Source of the DNA: a virus
Lineage: Duplodnaviria > Caudoviricetes
IMG/VR virus record: IMGVR_UViG_3300030372_003757
Location: 1-39,873 of that record
Length of the DNA stretch: 39,873 nt
Reading direction: 5' to 3' (one strand)
In this document: positions 34,524-39,873 of the stretch, piece after piece
Layout: every line of letters begins with the position of its first letter
Numbering within the stretch: the first letter of the stretch is position 1
The notes under the pieces: model-generated
Seen by the model: the letters and a program-made list of their open reading frames with translations, nothing else
Database searches by the model: none
What the model was told of the DNA's origin: nothing
Translations under genes and position numbers: made by a program

Positions 34524-36152
34524 ATGTGGCAATCAGCCTACGATTTTGTTTTTAACGAACAAAACGAAAACGAGCCGGTAGATTACGGCCCAGGTAAAGG
34601 TCCTTGGCAGGATAACACTCCTGGCCAGTCGTGGCTTCCTTCTCAATATTCTTTTAGAGAGACCGAATGGAGCAATCCCGGAAACTCTAGCTTGATGTAC
34701 GACAGCGACCACTATAACCCCATAGTGGCACCTACAGGATGGGACCCATACGACATTGAAGGGTTTGATTACTCTACTGACGAGCTTGGGTATGGATGGT
34801 ACACCAACGCAGAACTCGGTTCTTTCTCTGCCCTTGTTCAGCACGGCGATCACGACCCAAATAAAGATGCCGGTACTTTTGGGCTAGGGTTTCAGGGATT
34901 CCAAACGGATTTCAATGACCCCAGCAAAGCAGCGCCCTCTTACAGCACACAGAAATGGGACCCCGTAACACGAACCAGAACTGGAAGAACAAAGGCTATC
35001 AGGCCCCACGACGTAAGCGACATTTTTGTTGGCGAGGGATTTGACCCGACATCATTTACCGGGTACGACGCTGACCTTGCAAACAATCTTATGGCAAACG
35101 TCACAGATAAAAGCTCGCTTCCCCATAGCTACGCGATTGCACCAACTCCAGGGACTTCACCGGCTGTTCCAATGGGTGCGGGAGGGTTTCAGTGGAGAGA
35201 CTTTTGGCATCCTAGCCAACGCGGTGGCGGATATGATTTTGTAAGCTACATAGCCGGTGAAGATGGCAAGCCGATGGACCCAAACAATAAGTCCGAAGAA
35301 GGTGGATGGACTATGGGGATGCGGGATTCCGGTGGATACCCGAGAAACAACTGGCACGGCGTAGTCCGAACTCCCAGCAGTCAAAGTCATTGGCAACCCA
35401 CCGACTGGCGGGGAAGTGACGTATTTGGAGAACTGTCAGGAACGGACAAATGGCACTTTGATTGGGCGATGGGCAAACAGTACGGAGAGAAGGGCCCTGG
35501 AGTCTATCACGGATACGGCAACCCTCAGGAAAGCTGGGATTACGCAAGCCAATACGGAAGCCTTACTTCTCCGATGCAAGCGTTTGAGCACAATGTAGGA
35601 AAAGACGCTTTTTCTCTATGGAGAAATGCGAATTACGGAGGAAACACCTGGGCAAAAGAAATACAAAGCGAATTTAAGGCCCCGGACGCTTGGCAGGAAG
35701 TTCCAGAAGAAATGTGGGGTGACGAGGGCTATATGGGATGGATGGCCCCAGATGATCCAAGAAACACAACAGACGATTGGGAGTACCAGCACCCAGACAA
35801 CCCACGGATAGATTGGAGCCAGCCGCCTCCACCTCCCCCCGGTGATCCGACGGGTTTTTCTCCAATCTGGCAGCAGCGATCAAACCCAATTTCTCAAAAC
35901 GTGTTTAGCTATGACCCGGAAACAGCAGGGTACGAGCTGAGCCTAGATAGTGGGTCCTACGCATACACAAATCCATCATCGACATTAAACCGATACAGAA
36001 ACTATAGTCCCTACAGGCATGGGACTACATCCAAACTGGCCGGAAGGTCTGGCCCCAAGAAACCATACGAATCCCAAAGGATTACGTCTGAAATGGTTCC
36101 TTGGCTACCAACGCCACACCACGATGACCCGGGCTGGTTTTACGGAGAATAA
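34524..36152 (+). CDS. Hypothetical Trp/Tyr/Asp/Gly/Pro-rich protein (542 aa)
   Basis: Long ORF, AGGT SD-like element, 2 nt from the next gene; no family recognised. Confidence 0.7.
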   Translation: MWQSAYDFVFNEQNENEPVDYGPGKGPWQDNTPGQSWLPSQYSFRETEWSNPGNSSLMYDSDHYNPIVAPTGWDPYDIEGFDYSTDELGYGWYTNAELGSFSALVQHGDHDPNKDAGTFGLGFQGFQTDFNDPSKAAPSYSTQKWDPVTRTRTGRTKAIRPHDVSDIFVGEGFDPTSFTGYDADLANNLMANVTDKSSLPHSYAIAPTPGTSPAVPMGAGGFQWRDFWHPSQRGGGYDFVSYIAGEDGKPMDPNNKSEEGGWTMGMRDSGGYPRNNWHGVVRTPSSQSHWQPTDWRGSDVFGELSGTDKWHFDWAMGKQYGEKGPGVYHGYGNPQESWDYASQYGSLTSPMQAFEHNVGKDAFSLWRNANYGGNTWAKEIQSEFKAPDAWQEVPEEMWGDEGYMGWMAPDDPRNTTDDWEYQHPDNPRIDWSQPPPPPPGDPTGFSPIWQQRSNPISQNVFSYDPETAGYELSLDSGSYAYTNPSSTLNRYRNYSPYRHGTTSKLAGRSGPKKPYESQRITSEMVPWLPTPHHDDPGWFYGE

Positions 36153-36154
36153 AA

Positions 36155-36904
36155 ATGATTACACCTGCAGAGACAACCCCTAGAGCTACCGAAGGTAAGG
36201 GCGGGACTGATGTTTTTGACACAATCTGGCCTGGCGGCGGTGCGGAAAAAAACACCCTTGAGTGGCAGCAAGGTCTTCGGCGGGCGTTTTTAAGGGGAAA
36301 GAGTTATTTTCAGCATTACATGAATCGCGGCGGTGTCCCCAAGGACCAGCAGGACTGGTTAGTGAATCAGCTATACACCGGAAAGCCTGTAGACCGCAGG
36401 TTTTACAGCGCCAGGGCCAAATACGGTGGTTATTACGGCCATAAAGCGAGATGGGATTATGCCCAGCGGCAGAAGAATGCTCAAAAGCCGCAACAAACAA
36501 GGGCACAACAGCCAAGGGCGCAACGGCCAAGGCCAGGCTCCGGGCAAGGATTTGGTGGAAGCCCCCAGACCCAAATGCCTATGGGGCGAGTTGAGCCATT
36601 TATTCCCGCTTGGTCGAGACACGTTACTCCAAACCTACAAGCACAAGCTCGCGGCCCAGGTTTTGGCCCCCGACCAAGCGAGGCTTACCAGACCGGAAAC
36701 AATTTCTTCCCATTAGGAGGAACATCTTACGGCCCCAATGTTGGGCCAGGAGGAAGGGTCGATCCAAATACCGGAATAAGATACGGGGCACAACACCACA
36801 ACCGATTCGGGATTGGCGGCTATGGCCCTGGTGGAAGAAAGAACCCCAACGCAATGCCGGGATTTAGGCGTAAAGGTGGAAGTAAGTGGAGGGGGTATTA
36901 CTAA
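36155..36904 (+). CDS. Hypothetical basic Gly/Pro/Arg/Gln-rich protein
   Basis: GGAG SD; TAATG overlap with the next gene; low-complexity C-terminal half. Confidence 0.65.
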   Translation: MITPAETTPRATEGKGGTDVFDTIWPGGGAEKNTLEWQQGLRRAFLRGKSYFQHYMNRGGVPKDQQDWLVNQLYTGKPVDRRFYSARAKYGGYYGHKARWDYAQRQKNAQKPQQTRAQQPRAQRPRPGSGQGFGGSPQTQMPMGRVEPFIPAWSRHVTPNLQAQARGPGFGPRPSEAYQTGNNFFPLGGTSYGPNVGPGGRVDPNTGIRYGAQHHNRFGIGGYGPGGRKNPNAMPGFRRKGGSKWRGYY

Positions 36905-37542
36905 TGGCCTATCCAATGGGGTATGAGCCGGAAACTCCGCTAGACAGAATGCTTGCGGAGCAGCAAGCCAGGGAGGACGCAGAAACTCTCAGGCCACCAA
37001 TGGGCTATTCCGGCTTGACGGATATTGAGCGAGCAAGAATGGGGTTTGACTCAGAATGGCAAGCAGAAAACCAAGCCTGGGCTGATAGGACTTTTGAAGA
37101 CCCGTCGCTTATACCAACCGATCCAGTTGGTGATGTTTTGAGTTACGCAACAGGCGGCATACCCAAGGCGGTGGCCGGGCTAGGCATGGGGATGTTCAGG
37201 AAGCCCCTGCTAAAAAAAGCGATTACAAAAACAGCCTCGAACACTCCTATTGCAGACGCAAGAAGAAAAATAATGGAAGATGCGGCACGGAGAAGAAACA
37301 AAAAAAGCCTAGCTGACCATGCAATGGATATAGTAAATAAAGCTAAAAGCAAGGTCGGTAAAATATTTGAGTCTCCTGGAAGCGTAGCTAAGCCACCCAG
37401 ACCGCCAGCACCGACAAAGCCCCCGGTCCCTAAAAGTCAAATTCAAAAAACAACTAAAAACTTTGAAAACCTTGACGTTGATGAAATATTGCGGCAAGAG
37501 CGTATAAAGAAAATGGAACTCGATATGTTCGGGCCAGAATAA
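36904..37542 (+). CDS. Hypothetical protein (MAYPM start; central Gly/Ala hydrophobic hairpin)
   Basis: Track ORF 36886..37542; likely start 36904 by TAATG coupling; DPVGDVLSYATGGIPKAVAGLGMG segment. Confidence 0.65.
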   Translation: MAYPMGYEPETPLDRMLAEQQAREDAETLRPPMGYSGLTDIERARMGFDSEWQAENQAWADRTFEDPSLIPTDPVGDVLSYATGGIPKAVAGLGMGMFRKPLLKKAITKTASNTPIADARRKIMEDAARRRNKKSLADHAMDIVNKAKSKVGKIFESPGSVAKPPRPPAPTKPPVPKSQIQKTTKNFENLDVDEILRQERIKKMELDMFGPE

Positions 37543-37569
37543 ACCGAAGATCAGGTATAGGAGCCTACA

Positions 37570-37998
37570 ATGCCAGGAAGAATCCCACCCCCACCGTCCG
37601 GCCTTAGTGCGGGACAGCTACAAGGCGCTATGACCGGCGTTCTTCCAGACGGACCACCCCCTCCCCAGGGCCCACCCCGAGTTGGTGGCCCCATGATTGC
37701 TAGAGCAGTTCCGTATGCGGAGTTTTCCGAATTAACGGGAAAGCGTCCTCCGATTCCTTTTGGCGGCACCGTTGGCGACTTTCATTATCAGCAGATGCAG
37801 TGGGCCGCAAAGAACGGCCTTCTTGGCCCAGGAGCCAGGGGCATTGCACCGCTTCAAAATCCGGTTTCCAGAAACCCCGCATTTTTCTTTGACCGAGAAT
37901 CTTGGTCATGGAAACCGCATCCGTATGTCCAGCAGATGATGGGTCGCTTTAAGCCAAAGCCGCCGCCAAAGAATCACGCAGTAGGTGGTGGCGGGTAA
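37570..37998 (+). CDS. Hypothetical Pro/Gly-rich protein
   Basis: AGGAG SD; 142 aa; packed in the operon. Confidence 0.6.
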   Translation: MPGRIPPPPSGLSAGQLQGAMTGVLPDGPPPPQGPPRVGGPMIARAVPYAEFSELTGKRPPIPFGGTVGDFHYQQMQWAAKNGLLGPGARGIAPLQNPVSRNPAFFFDRESWSWKPHPYVQQMMGRFKPKPPPKNHAVGGGG

Positions 37999-38002
37999 CA
38001 AA

Positions 38003-38245
38003 ATGCACAATCGCAAATTCAAAAACCTTGGCGAGATGCGTCGTTTTATGGGTGGAAGCCAGAACGACGTATTCACAAAGAGCAGTGACCGTATTGGCCA
38101 CCGCGAACTAAAGCGTGGTTCGGGCAATCACTCTGGGATTGACGGTATGCTTTTAGACCCTAATATTGGCGAGCTTTTGGAGTCAATGCTCGAAGGAATG
38201 CCCGACGATGCCGAAGTTGAAATAATCAGCAAGGAGATGAAGTAA
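38003..38245 (+). CDS. Hypothetical protein
   Basis: Track ORF 37985..38245; likely ATG at 38003; TAATG overlap with the next gene. Confidence 0.55.
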   Translation: MHNRKFKNLGEMRRFMGGSQNDVFTKSSDRIGHRELKRGSGNHSGIDGMLLDPNIGELLESMLEGMPDDAEVEIISKEMK

Positions 38246-38577
38246 TGGCCTATCCGATGTGGCATGACCCCAACCCCCAGGGTGGTCAGGGTCTTAACGA
38301 AAACATGACGGCAGGCGAACCAACATACGGCGGGCTTGGTCCTCACGGCGCAATGGCCTCGGTCGGCGGTTATAGCCCTGCGCAGTTAGCGATAATGGGA
38401 GTCTCGTTTCTCACCCCGCCTGCACTCGCCGCATACAAGTGGTGGAATAGAGGGAGCGAACCTGACCAACCTTACCAGCCCCCCCCTGCGGAGCCTGAGT
38501 ACGATTGGAAAAACGACCCCGAGGGTCTTTTTCAATTAAATCCCTTTATTCCCGATAAATATAAGGGGCAGCAATAA
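38245..38577 (+). CDS. Hypothetical protein (MAYPM start; short hydrophobic segment)
   Basis: AGGAG SD; coupled on both sides; LAIMGVSFLTPPALAAY segment. Confidence 0.6.
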   Translation: MAYPMWHDPNPQGGQGLNENMTAGEPTYGGLGPHGAMASVGGYSPAQLAIMGVSFLTPPALAAYKWWNRGSEPDQPYQPPPAEPEYDWKNDPEGLFQLNPFIPDKYKGQQ

Positions 38578-39554
38578 TGTCGGAAAACCAATTCGATGTT
38601 CCTACATGGATGGATAGCATCCCTGAGTACGAACAAAATGTAGCAGACCACGACGCATATCGTTTTGCCCGTCCCCAACCCTGGGAAATGGATTACGACA
38701 TTCCCGGCGCAATGCGTCGTGCAGGGCCCTGGGAAACCCCGCACCAACCCAGGACTATCAAGCAAATAACAGAAGACCAAGCGGCTTATGTCGCGGAGCT
38801 AAGAAGGCTAAACGAGGAAATATTAAAGGTTCGGCGTGGAGAACAATCGGACTTAATCACAAGAACGCAGGTAAGACCGAACGAGGAACGGCTTGTTTTT
38901 AATGACGAGTTTATGGAGAACCTAATCAAATCTAGGAGAAAGTTTAACCCGGTCTCCCATAATCGTTTTATTCAAAAGCAGTTACCGGCGCTGGGCATGG
39001 ACGGACTACTTGACAGGCCATTAGGATGGGGCCCTGGCGCTCCGTGGGTTGCAAGACAACGGGGGTTCGGTCCTAATACAACGCTCTTAGAGTCAATAAC
39101 AGAAGGAAAACACTGGTGGAAAAAGCCAGGGGAAGACCCGAATTTCCCCGAGGGTCGATTTTACCCAGAAATTACCGATCCAATAGACCCAAGCCACCCG
39201 AACTTTTCTCAGCTTGAAGAAACCCGAGAGTGGCAATCCCCTGACCCCCCGGATTGGCACATAAACCAAGTTGATAGATACGGGAATCATCCAACTATCT
39301 GGGGAGTAAGCCAGGCAACTGCCCTTGAGGCTATGAACAACTCAGACGCTACTGCAGAGCAGTTGCAAAAAATAAACGAACAACGCATTGCGGATGGAGA
39401 GCAGCCAATCTTCCCGCCCGGCATGAATGCACAGCAGTCGGCAGAGTTTATTGAATGGGCCGGACAGAATTGGTTTGGTCCAACATGGGGACCGGAAGGC
39501 AGCGGAAACATTTGGCTTGAAGCAGCGGGCGGCGGTGGTGCCGGTGCTGGATAA
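38577..39554 (+). CDS. Hypothetical Pro/Trp/Glu-rich protein (325 aa)
   Basis: TAATG-coupled; last ORF of the plus-strand cluster; Gly/Ala tail. Confidence 0.65.
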   Translation: MSENQFDVPTWMDSIPEYEQNVADHDAYRFARPQPWEMDYDIPGAMRRAGPWETPHQPRTIKQITEDQAAYVAELRRLNEEILKVRRGEQSDLITRTQVRPNEERLVFNDEFMENLIKSRRKFNPVSHNRFIQKQLPALGMDGLLDRPLGWGPGAPWVARQRGFGPNTTLLESITEGKHWWKKPGEDPNFPEGRFYPEITDPIDPSHPNFSQLEETREWQSPDPPDWHINQVDRYGNHPTIWGVSQATALEAMNNSDATAEQLQKINEQRIADGEQPIFPPGMNAQQSAEFIEWAGQNWFGPTWGPEGSGNIWLEAAGGGGAGAG

Positions 39555-39575
39555 CTATAACAAACAGCCGTAAGC

Positions 39576-39767
39576 GACCTATTCGCGGCTAATAGCCCAA
39601 ATTTGGCAAGAAGTAGGTCTAGGTGTAACTCCAGTGGTTGGAACGGTGCGATAAAGAGCCATTCGACTACACCGAAAGATAACCAGTTCCTAGTAGTATT
39701 TGTACAAAACACTGCAAATGCTCTTTAGGACGCTCTCTATACTGACCAAGCGCTCTATCACTGGTCA
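39576..39767 (+). ncRNA. Candidate structured RNA or structured terminal region (unclassified)
   Basis: Four back-to-back stems, two with G-U pairs on the plus strand (see findings); no family recognised. Confidence 0.25.
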
Positions 39768-39873
39768 CAAGCACAAACAAGCTCTGACAGGGACACGGTA
39801 GGTCCAACCCACACAAAACCCCTATATTAACAGCAAGTTTGAAAGTCAAAAAAAATGTCGAGCTGTAGATAAT

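Noticed and set aside
39615-39685. tRNA gene (GGTGTAACTCCAGTGGTTGGAAC...TTCGAC...ACCA)
   Set aside because: D-arm-like start, but no anticodon arm and the T-stem does not pair; not a canonical tRNA.
39287-39849. Minus-strand ORFs of 141 and 60 aa
   Set aside because: Non-ATG starts, no SD, partly antisense to the 325-aa gene, no protein-like motifs.
1-39873. CRISPR array, integrase/att site, reverse transcriptase or DGR, intron/intein, alternative genetic code
   Set aside because: No spaced direct repeats or such genes seen; TerL appears uninterrupted; genes tile densely under the standard code using all three stop codons.

Overview
The window is a ~40-kb piece of a tailed dsDNA phage genome with a podovirus-like (P22/T7-type short tail) morphogenesis module; no replication or endolysin genes are recognisable. 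A long minus-strand operon (33238 to <1) runs: scaffold, major capsid, capsid decoration protein, terminator, degenerate methyltransferase-fold protein, small and large terminase, polyQ-containing portal, small virion proteins, holin-like protein, head-tail adaptor, a 1665-aa polyvalent protein, an apparently split tail nozzle, a HExxH zincin, a LamG-domain fibre, and at least six low-complexity ejection/internal-virion-like proteins, the last truncated by the window edge. A divergent plus-strand arm carries a DUF1580-like HTH protein (hinting at a Planctomycetota host), a PD-(D/E)XK nuclease, a strong terminator, seven tightly packed orphan Pro/Gly/Trp-rich ORFs, and a hairpin-rich non-coding tail. 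The most interesting element is the 1665-aa protein between adaptor and nozzle: a pre-toxin TG-like N-terminus followed by AlkB-like dioxygenase, SLOG and ASCH domains, suggesting a virion-delivered nucleic-acid de-modification cassette. All family assignments come from motif recognition by eye, not database searches.
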